DNA of 64,000 nt from Alphaproteobacteria bacterium (GTDB lineage: Bacteria; Pseudomonadota; Alphaproteobacteria; UBA828): contig CBDCQT010000012.1 of NCBI GenBank assembly GCA_965220745.1, forward strand, positions 544,001-608,000, written 5' to 3'. The notes beneath the pieces are model-generated. The model did not search any database, was not told the origin of the DNA, and worked only from the letters and a program-made list of their open reading frames with translations. Below are positions 51,107-62,297 of this stretch, in pieces. Made by a program: the position numbers and the translations under genes. How positions within the stretch are numbered: the stretch's first letter is position 1; every line of letters begins with the position of its first letter.

Positions 51107-52813
51107 ATGGCCCAACCCACAGGCTCACAGCACACCGATCCAAAGAGCGATATTGATATCGCGCGGGCGGCCACCAAACGCCCGATCCTCGATCTCGCCC
51201 AGGACCGCCTCGGCATCGCGGCCGAGCATCTGGTCCCCTACGGCCACGACAAGGCGAAGATTACCCTCGACTACTTCGGCTCGCTGCAGGACCGGCCCGA
51301 CGGCAAGCTGATCCTGGTGACGGCGATCACGCCGACCCCGGCGGGCGAGGGCAAGACCACCACCACGGTCGGCCTCGGCGACGGCCTCAACCGGATCGGC
51401 AAGAAGGCCGTCATGGCGCTGCGGGAGCCGAGCCTCGGCCCCTGCTTTGGCGTCAAGGGTGGTGCGGCCGGCGGTGGCTACGCCCAGGTGGTGCCGATGG
51501 AGGACATCAACCTCCACTTCACCGGCGATTTCCACGCCATCGGCGCAGCCAACAACCTGCTCGCGGCGATGGTGGACAACCACATCTACTGGGGCAACAA
51601 GGCCGGCATCGATCCGCGCCGGGTGAGCTGGCGCCGCGTAGTCGACATGAACGATCGCGCCTTGCGCAGCGTGGTCTCGTCGCTCGGCGGCGTCGCCAAC
51701 GGCTTCCCACGCGAGGACGGCTTCGACATCACCGTCGCCTCCGAGGTGATGGCGATCTTCTGCCTCTCGCGCGACCTCGACGACCTGCGCGCGCGCCTCG
51801 GCAACATCGTGGTCGGGCTCACCCGCGAGCGCGAGCCGGTGCGCGCCAGCGCGGTGAACGCCGACGGCGCCATGACCGCGCTGCTCAAGGACGCGCTCGC
51901 GCCCAACCTGGTGCAGACGCTGGAGAACAACCCGGCGCTCATCCACGGCGGCCCGTTCGCCAACATCGCCCACGGCTGCAACTCGGTGATCGCGACCAGG
52001 GCCGCGCTCAAGCTCGCCGACTACGTGGTGACGGAGGCCGGCTTCGGCGCCGATCTCGGGGCCGAGAAATTCTTCGACATCAAGTGCCGGAAGGCTGGAT
52101 TGGCGCCGGATTGCGCGGTGATCGTGGCGACCATCCGTGCGCTCAAGATGCACGGCGGCGTCGCGCGGGGCGACCTCGGCAGTGAGAATCTGGAGGCGCT
52201 GGCGGAGGGCATGGAGAATCTGGCCCGGCACGTGCGAAACGTCCAAAGCTATGGCGTGCCGGCGGTGGTGGCGATCAACCGCTTCTCCGCCGACACCGAG
52301 GCCGAGCGCGCGTTGGTAGCGGAGCGCTGTGCCGAGATGGGCGTCACCGCGGTGGAGTGCGATCACTGGGCCATGGGCGGCGCCGGCTGCGAGGCGCTGG
52401 CGCACGAGGTGGTAGGCACGATCGCTTCGAAGCCCTCGTCGTTCCAGCCGCTCTATCCGGACGATCTCACGCTCTGGGAGAAGATCGAGGCCGTCGCCAA
52501 GCGGATCTACGGCGCCGACGGCATCACGGCGGACGCGGCCGTCAGCCGGCGGCTCGACGAGCTCCAGGCCGGCGGCTTCGGGCACTTCCCCGTGTGCATG
52601 GCGAAGACGCAGTACAGCTTCTCGGCCGATGCGGGGCTCAAGAACGCGCCCAGCGGCTTCGAGGTGCCGATTCGCGAGGTGCGGCTCTCGGGCGGCGCCG
52701 AGTTCGTGGTGGTGATCTGCGGCGCGATCATGACCATGCCGGGGCTGCCGCGCGTGCCCGCCGCCGACAACATCGCCGTCGACGAGAACGGCCACATTAC
52801 CGGGTTGTTCTAG
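51107..52813 (+). CDS. fhs: Formate--tetrahydrofolate ligase
   Basis: [39 protein letters not shown] and MTMPGLP motifs. Confidence 0.97.
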   Translation: MAQPTGSQHTDPKSDIDIARAATKRPILDLAQDRLGIAAEHLVPYGHDKAKITLDYFGSLQDRPDGKLILVTAITPTPAGEGKTTTTVGLGDGLNRIGKKAVMALREPSLGPCFGVKGGAAGGGYAQVVPMEDINLHFTGDFHAIGAANNLLAAMVDNHIYWGNKAGIDPRRVSWRRVVDMNDRALRSVVSSLGGVANGFPREDGFDITVASEVMAIFCLSRDLDDLRARLGNIVVGLTREREPVRASAVNADGAMTALLKDALAPNLVQTLENNPALIHGGPFANIAHGCNSVIATRAALKLADYVVTEAGFGADLGAEKFFDIKCRKAGLAPDCAVIVATIRALKMHGGVARGDLGSENLEALAEGMENLARHVRNVQSYGVPAVVAINRFSADTEAERALVAERCAEMGVTAVECDHWAMGGAGCEALAHEVVGTIASKPSSFQPLYPDDLTLWEKIEAVAKRIYGADGITADAAVSRRLDELQAGGFGHFPVCMAKTQYSFSADAGLKNAPSGFEVPIREVRLSGGAEFVVVICGAIMTMPGLPRVPAADNIAVDENGHITGLF

Positions 52814-52885
52814 CTCTCAGGCACCATTGTCGCGTGGCCGGCATCAGCGCGGCCCGGTCGCCATGGTTGGGTTGCTGGGAGAAAG

Positions 52886-55252
52886 ATGTTGAACAACTCT
52901 CATCTCCATCAATCCAAAGGGCGACGTAACCGTCATTTTCTGCGTTTCGTACTCTATGTCGCCGTTCCGCTTTGTGCCACGACCCTGATCCTGGGCGCGT
53001 GCCACAAATTCGTGGATGGGGACGAAGACGAGCAAGAGGCGTGCGTCGAGACTCACGACCGGGGCTGCGTTCTTGAGCCCGAATTCGAGGCATTGGTACA
53101 GGAAATCGCGGCTGAGTATGCCGAGCCGTCGAGCTTCCAGAACCAGTGGGGCCTGGCTGCGATCAACGCCGACCAAGCGTATGCGAACCTGGAGCTGGAG
53201 TTCGGGCCCGGCGTCGCGCCCGGCGAGGGCATCACCGTCGGCGTGCTGGATACGGGGATTGACGGAGCCGACCCTGCGTTCAGGGACAAGACCGTCATCG
53301 AACGGTTTCTACCAGGCGCGAACGATGAGGTCGGGAACGAGACTTCTCACGGTACCGCGGTAGCCAGCATTCTTGCCGGAGAGGATATCCCCGGTTTCCC
53401 GCACGACGCGCAGGGCGTGGCCTGGGGCGCCGACCTCGTCGTCTTCGCGATCCCGCTCGGCGACCCTCCCGAGTCTTATGAGCCGACCCCGATCAGCGAG
53501 CTGCCGGGAACTGCGGAATATTTTGCGGAGACCTTCGAAGAGATACTCGCTTGGCGGTTCGGCACCCGGCGCATCGATTTTCTGAACCTGAGCCTAGGCG
53601 TCTCGGGCGTCGTTGAGAGCTACAGCGAAGAGATTGTTAGCGAGTCTTTCGCGCCGTTGCTTCCCGTGATGCTTCAGGAAGGCGCCGACAAGAAAGTCAT
53701 CTTCGTCTGGGCAGCGGGGAATGCGCACGGCCTGCCATGCGAAGCCACGATATCCGAATGCGTCGACGGAGCGGTGGAAGCCACCTCGGCGTCGCTTCTG
53801 TCGGGTCTGGGCGCGCGAATGCCAGAGCTGCAAGAGACGTTGGTTGCGGTCGTGGCCACACGCCCGGACGGCGAGATTGCCGACTTCTCCAACCGCTGCG
53901 GCATCGCGGCCGATTACTGCCTGGCGGCCCCGGGAGACGACCTTCGGTTTTCCTATTTCGGTCCGGGTCCGAACGGCGAACCGGGTTTTCGCGGCATAGG
54001 GGTTGGAGGCGGCACATCGTTCGCCGCGCCGATGGTGACCGGCGGCCTCGCCGTGATGAAGCAGTATTTCCGGGGCCAGGTCTCCAACACGGACCTGTTG
54101 GCGAGGCTCCTCGAGACCGCGAATCGCACCGGCCTCTACGCCGATGCCGCGATTTACGGTCGCGGCCTCATGGATTTGGGCGCCGCGACCTCGCCCGTGG
54201 GTGCGACGGTCGTCGCCATGGGCGAACGGGTGGGAAGTGCGGGTGCCGCATTGAGCGGTTCGAACTTGCAACTCGGCCTCGCCTTCGGCGATGCGCTCGC
54301 TCCCGTTCTCGAAGGCCAACAGATCACCGCGTTCGATACGCTCGGCGCGCCGTTCTGGTACGACATCGACACGATGGTGAGCGCTGCAGCGAGGCCCGCG
54401 CTGCACGATCGTTTCCGCGATTTCCAGCAGCTGTCGCTCTCGGAGCCGCTTGGCGCCCCCGCAAGCGCCATCCGGCTCCCCATCCTTGGAACGCGCGGCG
54501 CGCCGCACGGCGCCGCCCCCGGCCTCTATCTCGCGAAAACCGGTGCTCCGGCCGCCTCGAACGCCAACCACTTCGCTCTCGCCAGACACAGCGTCGTCGC
54601 AACCCTGCCGGTCACCGCGAACCTGACCGCCACGGCGCTCACCACGGAAGGACTGGCCCGGCAAAAGCCCGCGTCCGGCGTTGCGCTGACGTGGCGTGAG
54701 CCTGAGACGCCGATTGGTCTCCGGGCCGGCTGGATGGGCGAGCGCCAGACCTTGCTCGGCAGCGAGTCCGACGGCGCCTTCGGAGACCTTCAGGCGCACG
54801 CCGCGTTCGCGGGAGTCGAGGCGGGCACGGAACTCGGCCCGTGGCGCCTCGGCGGCAGCGCGGAAATCGGCACCGTGACTGCGCAGGCGCACGGCGGCGT
54901 GTTCAAGGAAATCTCGCCTCTCGCCACCAGCACATTCGCATTGCATGCCACCCGGCAGAATGAGGACGGCAGCGCGTTTCGTGTGTCGCTGTCGCAGCCG
55001 CTCCGCGTGGAGAGAGGTCGGGCGCTGCTCTCACTTCCCTCGGGACGAACGACAGCGGGCGAGGTGATCCGCAACATCCTGTCTGCCGATGTCGAGCCCG
55101 GCGGCAGGCAGGTCGATCTGGCAGTGCAGTGGCAGCAGCCGATGGAGCTCGGGCAGTTGCGCCTCGGCGCCACGCTCTCCCACGAGCCGGGCCACCGCAG
55201 GAACGCCGACGCGGAGCTAATCCTGCTCTCCGGCTGGCGTCACTTCTTCTAA
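52886..55252 (+). CDS. S8 (subtilisin) serine protease with C-terminal beta-barrel-like region
   Basis: VLDTG, HGTAVA, AAGN and GTSFAAP catalytic motifs; LGAC lipobox; amphipathic C-terminus ending in Phe. Confidence 0.88.
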   Translation: MLNNSHLHQSKGRRNRHFLRFVLYVAVPLCATTLILGACHKFVDGDEDEQEACVETHDRGCVLEPEFEALVQEIAAEYAEPSSFQNQWGLAAINADQAYANLELEFGPGVAPGEGITVGVLDTGIDGADPAFRDKTVIERFLPGANDEVGNETSHGTAVASILAGEDIPGFPHDAQGVAWGADLVVFAIPLGDPPESYEPTPISELPGTAEYFAETFEEILAWRFGTRRIDFLNLSLGVSGVVESYSEEIVSESFAPLLPVMLQEGADKKVIFVWAAGNAHGLPCEATISECVDGAVEATSASLLSGLGARMPELQETLVAVVATRPDGEIADFSNRCGIAADYCLAAPGDDLRFSYFGPGPNGEPGFRGIGVGGGTSFAAPMVTGGLAVMKQYFRGQVSNTDLLARLLETANRTGLYADAAIYGRGLMDLGAATSPVGATVVAMGERVGSAGAALSGSNLQLGLAFGDALAPVLEGQQITAFDTLGAPFWYDIDTMVSAAARPALHDRFRDFQQLSLSEPLGAPASAIRLPILGTRGAPHGAAPGLYLAKTGAPAASNANHFALARHSVVATLPVTANLTATALTTEGLARQKPASGVALTWREPETPIGLRAGWMGERQTLLGSESDGAFGDLQAHAAFAGVEAGTELGPWRLGGSAEIGTVTAQAHGGVFKEISPLATSTFALHATRQNEDGSAFRVSLSQPLRVERGRALLSLPSGRTTAGEVIRNILSADVEPGGRQVDLAVQWQQPMELGQLRLGATLSHEPGHRRNADAELILLSGWRHFF

Positions 55253-55280
55253 CGCGGACGGCGGCCTGAGCGGCCTCGCC

Positions 55281-56495
55281 TCACGCCATTGCGGCGCGCA
55301 GGCGGCGGTCGATCGCGTCCAGGAAATCCTTGGAGTTGAGCCAGCCTTGGTCGGGGCCGACCAGGATGGCGAGGTCCTTGGTCATCTCTCCGGCTTCCAC
55401 GCATTCGATGCAGCAGCACTCCAGCGTGTCGGCGAAGTCAATGAGCGCCTGGTTGCCGTCGTGCCGGCCGCGGTGCTTGAGGCCGCGGGTCCAGGCGAAG
55501 ATCGAGGCGATGGGGTTGGTCGAGGTCTCCTCGCCCCGCTGATAGGCACGGTAGTGGCGGGTGACGGTGCCGTGCGCCGCCTCGGCCTCCACCGTCTTGC
55601 CGTCGGGCGACATCAGCACCGAGGTCATCAGGCCGAGCGAGCCGAAGCCTTGCGCTACGGTGTCCGACTGCACGTCGCCGTCGTAGTTCTTGCAGGCCCA
55701 GATGAAAGCGCCCTCCCACTTGAGCGCGGCGGCGACCATGTCGTCGATCAGCCGGTGCTCGTAGCCGATACCGGCGGCCTCGAAGCGGTCCCTGAACTCG
55801 GCCTCGAAGACCTCCTCGAACAGGTCCTTGAAGCGCCCGTCGTAGAACTTGAGAATGGTGTTCTTGGTCGACATGTAGACCGGCCAGCCCCGGTCCAGCC
55901 CGTAGTTCATGCAGGCGCGGGCGAAATCGCGGATCGAATCGTCCAGGTTGTACATGGCGAGCGCGACGCCGCCGCCGGGAAAGTCGAACACCTCCCGCTC
56001 GATGGTCTCGCCGCCGTTCGCGGGCTCGAAGCGAACCGTGAGCTTGCCCTTGCCCGGCACCACGAAATCTGTGGCGCGGTACTGGTCGCCGAAGGCGTGG
56101 CGGCCGATGACGATCGGGTGCTCCCAGCCGGGCACGAGGCGCGGCACGTTGCGGCAGATGATGGGCTCGCGGAACACCGTGCCGCCGAGGATGTTGCGGA
56201 TGGTGCCGTTGGGCGAGCGCCACATCTTCTTGAGGCCGAACTCCTCGACGCGAGCCTCGTCGGGCGTGATGGTCGCGCACTTGACGCCGACGCCGATCTC
56301 CTTGATCGCTTCAGCGCAATCGACCGTGACCTGGTCGTCGGTGGCATCCCGATGTTCGACGCCGAGGTCGTAATAGTGGAGGTCGATGTCCACATAGGGC
56401 AGGATCAGCTGGTCCTTGATCCAGGCCCAGATGATTCGCGTCATCTCGTCGCCGTCGATCTCGACGACGGGGTTGGCGACCTTGATTTTCGCCAT
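55281..56495 (-). CDS. icd: NADP-dependent isocitrate dehydrogenase
   Basis: [32 protein letters not shown] and AAHGTVTRH motifs. Confidence 0.98.
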   Translation of the reverse strand: MAKIKVANPVVEIDGDEMTRIIWAWIKDQLILPYVDIDLHYYDLGVEHRDATDDQVTVDCAEAIKEIGVGVKCATITPDEARVEEFGLKKMWRSPNGTIRNILGGTVFREPIICRNVPRLVPGWEHPIVIGRHAFGDQYRATDFVVPGKGKLTVRFEPANGGETIEREVFDFPGGGVALAMYNLDDSIRDFARACMNYGLDRGWPVYMSTKNTILKFYDGRFKDLFEEVFEAEFRDRFEAAGIGYEHRLIDDMVAAALKWEGAFIWACKNYDGDVQSDTVAQGFGSLGLMTSVLMSPDGKTVEAEAAHGTVTRHYRAYQRGEETSTNPIASIFAWTRGLKHRGRHDGNQALIDFADTLECCCIECVEAGEMTKDLAILVGPDQGWLNSKDFLDAIDRRLRAAMA

Positions 56496-56635
56496 CCGAA
56501 GCTCTCCAGGAATACGTTGCGGGCGAGGGGCCCCGGGGAGGAAGGCGTCGCGGCCAGCGGAGCCGGGCGCACCTTAGCAAAGCGGTCCGACCGGTCAAGG
56601 ACGGGGCCGCCGCGAAAGACGGCCCGGAAGGGCGG

Positions 56636-57190
56636 CTACGCCTCGCCGTTGTCCAGGACCCGGAACAGCTCCTCGGTGGAGCGGACCACGGTGGCGAGGC
56701 CGGGTGCGGCAGACGGCGCAAATCCCTCGTCGCTCACATGGTCGAGCAGGTCCTGCAATGGCTCCCAAAAGCCCTCGCTGTCGAGAACGACGATCGGCTT
56801 GTCGAGGAGTCCCAGCTGCTTCCAGGTCAGCACTTCGAAGAACTCGTCGAGAGTGCCGTAGCCGCCCGGCAGGATCACGAAGCCGTCGGCGCGGTCGAGC
56901 ATGATCCGCTTGCGCCGGAACATGTCTTCGGTGACCACCATCTCGGTCAGGCCAGGATGCGCCACCTCGAGGCTCTCCAGTTTCTCGGGAATCACGCCGA
57001 TGGCCTTGCCGCCTCCCGCCAGCACCGCATCGGCCACCACCGCCATCAGACCGATGCCGCCGGCGCCATAAACGAGCGTAATCCCGCGCTGGGCGAGCGC
57101 CGTGCCCAGGCTGCGGGCGGCCTCGGCATGGGCCGGATTGCGGCCCGTTTGGGAACCGCAAAAGACGCAAAGGGACGCGATCGCCGCCAT
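56636..57190 (-). CDS. LOG family nucleotide monophosphate nucleosidase (TIGR00730-like)
   Basis: CVFCGS, LVYGAG..GLM, RK and PGGYGTLDE motifs. Confidence 0.92.
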   Translation of the reverse strand: MAAIASLCVFCGSQTGRNPAHAEAARSLGTALAQRGITLVYGAGGIGLMAVVADAVLAGGGKAIGVIPEKLESLEVAHPGLTEMVVTEDMFRRKRIMLDRADGFVILPGGYGTLDEFFEVLTWKQLGLLDKPIVVLDSEGFWEPLQDLLDHVSDEGFAPSAAPGLATVVRSTEELFRVLDNGEA

Positions 57191-57364
57191 CGCCGATCCG
57201 ATCCGATTCAGTGGCTGGACGTGTAGGAGCGCCGCTCTGTAGCAGAGACCGCTGCCGGCCGCCAGCCGTGATGACGGCCGGGGTCCCGGTTGCAATGCCC
57301 ACCGAAGCAACTATGTCAGAATACAGACCCCAAGTGCCGAGGGCAGGACCGAGCGCGGGATGCC

Positions 57365-58339
57365 ATGAAAGGGTTCAACTCCCGTTTCGCCCATCGCATC
57401 GCCTGTCTGCTGCTGGCGATGCTGGCGGGCGTCGTGCTCGCCGGTGCAGCGCCCGCGGCGGAACCGGCGGCGGAGCCCGATCCGGCGAGCCCGGACCCGG
57501 CGGCGCGGGGCGCCTACATCCTGCGCGCGGCCGGCTGCGCCACCTGCCACACCGATGTTGCGGGCGGCGGCGTCTTCCTCGCCGGCGGGCGCATGCTGTC
57601 CTCGCCCTGGGGGGCGATCGCCGCCCCCAATATCACGCCGGATCCCGAGACCGGCATCGGCGGCTGGACCGACGAAGACTTCGTCCGCGCGCTGCGTGAC
57701 GGCAAATCGCCCGAGGGCCGCACCTACTATCCGGCATTCCCTTACACCGCGTATGCCGGCATGAAGCGCGAGGACATGCTGGACCTCAAGGCCTACCTCG
57801 ACACGGTGGAGCCGGTCGTCGCCGCCAACAGGCCGCACGAGCTGCGGTTTCCGTTCAGCGTGCGGCTCTTTCTCCATCCTTGGCGCTGGCTCTTCTTCGA
57901 TCGTGAGCCCGAGGCCGCCATTCCCATCGAGGACGAGCGCCTGGAGCGCGGGCACTATCTCGTGGAAACGCTGGGCCACTGCGCCGAATGCCACACCCCG
58001 CGCAACATGTTGGGCGCCCTCAAGCGCGGCCCGCACCTGGCGGGATCACGCTATGGGCCCGGCGGGATTTCGGTTCCCAACATTACCCCCGATGCCGAGA
58101 CGGGCATCGGCTCATGGTCCGAGATCGATCTGGCGTTCTTCCTGCGCACGGGCTTCACGCCCTACGGCGACGACGTGCAAGGCGAGATGCGTGAGGCCAT
58201 CGACGACGGCCTGCGCCACCTGATCCAGGAGGATCTGGAGGCCATGGCCGCCTATCTCAAGGCGCTGCCTGCGATCCGCAACCCGGTGAGCCCGACGCCG
58301 TCCCCACCCCCGGCGTTTTCGTCGGGCAGCGACTGGTAA
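57365..58339 (+). CDS. Diheme c-type cytochrome
   Basis: Signal peptide; CATCH and CAECH; duplicated PNITPD.ETGIG.W; YYPAFPY. Confidence 0.9.
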   Translation: MKGFNSRFAHRIACLLLAMLAGVVLAGAAPAAEPAAEPDPASPDPAARGAYILRAAGCATCHTDVAGGGVFLAGGRMLSSPWGAIAAPNITPDPETGIGGWTDEDFVRALRDGKSPEGRTYYPAFPYTAYAGMKREDMLDLKAYLDTVEPVVAANRPHELRFPFSVRLFLHPWRWLFFDREPEAAIPIEDERLERGHYLVETLGHCAECHTPRNMLGALKRGPHLAGSRYGPGGISVPNITPDAETGIGSWSEIDLAFFLRTGFTPYGDDVQGEMREAIDDGLRHLIQEDLEAMAAYLKALPAIRNPVSPTPSPPPAFSSGSDW

Positions 58340-58417
58340 GGCGCCGCGCTGGGCGCGCTGTCACGCCTCGACCGACTCGTGTATCGTGACGCTCTCAATG
58401 ACTGCTAGGCGATTCGA

Positions 58418-61400
58418 GTGAGCGAGACAGGGACTTTCACCAGTCGCGTGGCCGACGTGCTGACGCGGCGCAAGACGCTTCGCATCGCAGCCCCGGTCGG
58501 CGCCGCCGTCGTGGTCGTCGGCGTCCTGCTCGGCGTGTTCCTCACGGGCGGAGACGAGCCGGATGAAACGACGGGGCAATCCGTCGAGATCGCAGACAGT
58601 ACGGCCGAAAGCACCGGCGAAAGCGTGTCGCCGACCGACGATTCCACGACCACAACAGCTGACACGGGCGCAGCCTCTCAGGCCGAGCCGGCCCACGCAG
58701 GGACAGGTGATCCGGCCGATGCGACGGCGCCCGCCACCGCCGACGTCGACGCTCCCACCCCGGCCGAGCCCAAGCCCCAAGAGACAGCTGAGGCGCCACC
58801 GGTGCCTGCCGACGTTCCGGGCGGCGACATCGATGTCGGCCCGGCGGAGGACGAGACGGTCGAGGCGACCCCGGCAGCACCCGAGAAGCCGACTGAGACC
58901 GCCGCTGTCGAGACACCCGAGGCGGCGCCGACGCCGGCCGATCCACCGGTCGGCGAGGTCGATACCGTCGCGCAGGAGGAAGAGGCGGCCGGGCCCGATG
59001 CTGCGGACGATGGCGCGCCTGCGGTCACGGAGACGGGCACCGCCACCGAAACCGACGTTGCCGCCACGACTGGTGACGGCACCGCCCCCGCGACGGACGA
59101 AGATGCGGCGACCGCGGCTGAGTCAGAGGCAACGGGTGACATGGCCGGCGCCGACACGATGGTGGAAGGCGACGGCGGCACTTCGCCCGTCACCGAAAAG
59201 GATGCAACGGCTGCGGCTACGCCAGAGGCTGCGGACGACGTGGCCGGCGCCGACATGGTGGCGGAGGGCGAAGATGGCACCGCGTCCGTCACCGGGGACG
59301 ATGTGGCGGTTGCGGCTACGCCAGAGGCTGCGGACGAGGCGGCCGACACCGACACGATGGCGGTGACCGAGGATGCAGCACCGTCGGACGAGCAGAGCAT
59401 AGCAGCCGCGCCGGATGCAGCCGGTGCCGAGTCCGAGGCTGAGACTCCGGCAGAGCCACGGAGCGGCGACGCAATGGCATCGGCCGACGTTGCCGGATCT
59501 GGTACCGCGGACGATGTGGCCACCACGTCTGACCCAGCGGTACCCGAGGACTTGAGCGATGACGCCGCCGCCGAGGTGACATCCGACGCTGAGCAGGACG
59601 CAACCACCGAGCTGGCGACGACGGCAGAGCAAGCTGACGCTGACGCAGCGACTCCCGAGACCGAACCTTCGGATGAGCGGGACGAGACGGCTGCTGCGCC
59701 GGATGGCACGGAACCGAGCATCGGTGAAGGCACTACGGCGACGGCCGAGACAGACGAACCTGCCTCCGACGCCGAGCAAGAGACCGCGACTGTCTCCGAA
59801 GACGCGACACCGGATGACACGTCCGACACCGACACGATGGCGGAGGGCGACGACGACACCGCGCCCGCCACCGGCGAGGACGTCACGGCTTCGGTCGAGC
59901 CGGAGGCAACAGAAGATGAGGCCGGCACCGACGCGATGGCGGCGACCGACGATGACACCGCGCCCGCCACCCGGGACGACGAGGTCGCTTCGCCTGAGGC
60001 AGTGGCAACGGAAGACACGTCGGATGCCGACACGATGGCGGAAGATGATGAGGGCACCCCTTCCGCCACTGACACGATAGCGGCGACCGAAGACGGCACC
60101 GCATCCGCAGCCCAAAAGGATGCGGCGGCTGGGTCCGTGGTGACGGCTGATGGAACAGAAGACACGGCCGACGGGGGCGCGGCAACTGAGGCCGCGGCCG
60201 GCGATGATGCACCCGCTGCCACCGAGGAGGGGGCACAGGAGACGGAAAAGACCATCGTCGAGACGCGCGTCGTGCCCGACGAGCCGGTGGAACAGGCTGA
60301 GCAGCCGACCGTCGCGCCGGATGTGCTGGAGGAGACAACGACGGTAGAAGAGCCGGCCCCGGCTGTGATTCCACCCAGCTTCGATATCGTGCGAATCAAG
60401 CCCGACGGCAGCGCGGTGATCGCGGGCCGCGGCCCGCCCGGCGCCGAGGTCACCGTGAAGAGCCAAACGGTCGACCTGGGTTCGGAGACCGCCAACCGTA
60501 GCGGCGAATGGACGCTGCTGCCGGATATCCCCATCCCGCCGGGCGACCACCAGTTCTCGGCGGTCGCGACCCTGCCAGACGGCACGCAAGTGGAATCGGA
60601 TGAGGTGCTCATCGTCTCCATCCCCGATCCCGACGAGGACGGGGGATCGGTGCTCGCCCTGCTGACGCCGCGTGACGGCGAAGGCGGTAGCAGGATTCTG
60701 CAGAAGCCGGAGCCGGCTCCGGAGAAAGTGGAACCGGAGCCCACTCCGGAAGTGGCGGATGAGGAACGGATTGAACTGGCGCGTCCCGATACGACGCCCG
60801 AAGATGAGGCCGCCCCAGGCGCGGATCTGCCGGACGAGGCCCGTCCGGAAGAGACTTCGCCGACGCTCGAAGATACCCAGGTGGCGGACGTAGACGAGGC
60901 TCCTGCGACAGAGACTCCGCCGGCACCCGAAGATACTGAAGTGGCAGGCGTAGACGAGGCTCCTGCGGCTGAGACTCAGCCCGACGAAGAGCCCATGGAC
61001 CAAGCCAGCCTGACCGAAGACCGCTCCGACGACACCGGCGCGACGGTCGCAGCGGACGCTGCCGGCGAGGCGACGGCGGATGCGCCGTCAGACGACGCGG
61101 AAACCGTGTCCGAGGCGACGCCAAGCGAGGAGGACGAGGGCTCTCTCGTCGTCGATACGGTCGATTACGACGATGAGGGCGACATGACGATCACGGGATC
61201 GGCCGAGCCGGCAGCCGACCTGCACGTCTATCTCGATGAGCGACACGTGGGCACGATCGAGAGCGATGCGACCGGCGAATGGGAAGTCTCGCCGGACGAC
61301 GAGGTCGCGCCAGGCACCTACACGCTCAGGGTGGATCAGGTCGATCCCGCTGGTGTGGTCCTCGCCCGCATCGAGACGCCGCTGACCCGCGCGCGGCCAG

Positions 61401-61585
61401 AGGAGCTCTCGTTCGGCGATGCCATCGTCGTGGTCCAGCCGGGGAACAGCCTCTGGCGCATCGCCCGGCGCACCCTCGGCGGCGGCATCCACTTCACCGA
61501 GATCTACGAGGCGAATCGCAGCCAGATCGCTGATCCCGCGCTGATCCATCCCGGCCAGATATTCACCGTTCCCGAACTTAACTGA
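58418..61585 (+). CDS. Membrane-anchored LysM protein with two Ig-like domains and long acidic linkers
   Basis: N-terminal TM; PSFDIVRI.PDGSAVIAGR; YTLRVDQVD; C-terminal VQPGNSLWRIA...LIHPGQ LysM. Confidence 0.88.
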   Translation: MSETGTFTSRVADVLTRRKTLRIAAPVGAAVVVVGVLLGVFLTGGDEPDETTGQSVEIADSTAESTGESVSPTDDSTTTTADTGAASQAEPAHAGTGDPADATAPATADVDAPTPAEPKPQETAEAPPVPADVPGGDIDVGPAEDETVEATPAAPEKPTETAAVETPEAAPTPADPPVGEVDTVAQEEEAAGPDAADDGAPAVTETGTATETDVAATTGDGTAPATDEDAATAAESEATGDMAGADTMVEGDGGTSPVTEKDATAAATPEAADDVAGADMVAEGEDGTASVTGDDVAVAATPEAADEAADTDTMAVTEDAAPSDEQSIAAAPDAAGAESEAETPAEPRSGDAMASADVAGSGTADDVATTSDPAVPEDLSDDAAAEVTSDAEQDATTELATTAEQADADAATPETEPSDERDETAAAPDGTEPSIGEGTTATAETDEPASDAEQETATVSEDATPDDTSDTDTMAEGDDDTAPATGEDVTASVEPEATEDEAGTDAMAATDDDTAPATRDDEVASPEAVATEDTSDADTMAEDDEGTPSATDTIAATEDGTASAAQKDAAAGSVVTADGTEDTADGGAATEAAAGDDAPAATEEGAQETEKTIVETRVVPDEPVEQAEQPTVAPDVLEETTTVEEPAPAVIPPSFDIVRIKPDGSAVIAGRGPPGAEVTVKSQTVDLGSETANRSGEWTLLPDIPIPPGDHQFSAVATLPDGTQVESDEVLIVSIPDPDEDGGSVLALLTPRDGEGGSRILQKPEPAPEKVEPEPTPEVADEERIELARPDTTPEDEAAPGADLPDEARPEETSPTLEDTQVADVDEAPATETPPAPEDTEVAGVDEAPAAETQPDEEPMDQASLTEDRSDDTGATVAADAAGEATADAPSDDAETVSEATPSEEDEGSLVVDTVDYDDEGDMTITGSAEPAADLHVYLDERHVGTIESDATGEWEVSPDDEVAPGTYTLRVDQVDPAGVVLARIETPLTRARPEELSFGDAIVVVQPGNSLWRIARRTLGGGIHFTEIYEANRSQIADPALIHPGQIFTVPELN
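59143..60070 (+). repeat. Two blocks of degenerate 99-bp (33-aa) in-frame repeats
   Basis: Period 99 at 59143/59242/59341 and at 59831/59930/60029. Confidence 0.75.
60869..60983 (+). repeat. 60-bp (20-aa) tandem duplication
   Basis: EDTQVADVDEAPATET at 60869 and EDTEVAGVDEAPAAET at 60929. Confidence 0.8.
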
Positions 61586-61610
61586 GGACGCGCTCCACGG
61601 CGCGGGGCGC

Positions 61611-62099
61611 TCAACTCAGCCGGGCGACCACGTAGCCCAGCAGGCTGAGGAGGCGCTTCTTCTCGTCCTCGGAGAGGCCGTGGGTCGCGAGCGCGTTGAC
61701 CTCCAGCGCCGCCGGCACCAGCTCGCCGCAGAGCTCGCGGCCCCGCTCCGTCAGCACCACGCGGCGCCGACGGCCATCCTGCTGGTCCTCCACACGGCGG
61801 ATCAGACCGTCGCGCTCCATGCGTTGCAGGGTTCGCGCTGCCGTGGGTTCCTCGATCTGCTGACGGCGGCTCAGCTCCTTCTGGGTGAGGCTCTCCTCCT
61901 CCCAGAGCAGCAGCAGCATCGACCATTGCGCGACCGAGACCCCGTAGCGGCCCAGCCGCTCCTGCAACGCACGGGAGAAGAGGCGCGAGGCAAGAGAGAC
62001 CAAGTGGGCGGTGCTTTCCTCGATTACGAACGGCGTCGCGCCGCTCGTCTCGTCTCCGCCCCGTGCCGCCGGCCGGCGGCGGATCACCGCGTATGACAC
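61611..62099 (-). CDS. MarR family transcriptional regulator
   Basis: GVSVAQW, LTQKELS, LQRMERDGLIRR..D..DGR....LT..G; GTG start with GGAG RBS. Confidence 0.88.
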   Translation of the reverse strand: MSYAVIRRRPAARGGDETSGATPFVIEESTAHLVSLASRLFSRALQERLGRYGVSVAQWSMLLLLWEEESLTQKELSRRQQIEEPTAARTLQRMERDGLIRRVEDQQDGRRRRVVLTERGRELCGELVPAALEVNALATHGLSEDEKKRLLSLLGYVVARLS

Positions 62100-62297
62100 G
62101 GCACTCGCTCCCCTGACGACCCGCTTCAATCCTATGGTGCGTCGGCAGGCCCGGACAAGGAAGGGGTGCGGCAGGGCGGTATGCCGGGCGAGCCCGGAGC
62201 CATGCGGAAAACCATTCAAACTGCCCGCCATCGCTGGCATAGTGCGCGCCGCGCCGCAGCCAGAGCCAGCGGGCGCGCCGGGGAGGCGAGGGGGGAC

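Noticed and set aside
58678-60744. 688-aa Ser/Val/Ala-rich antisense ORF
   Set aside because: Shadow of the low-complexity acidic linker of the LysM gene
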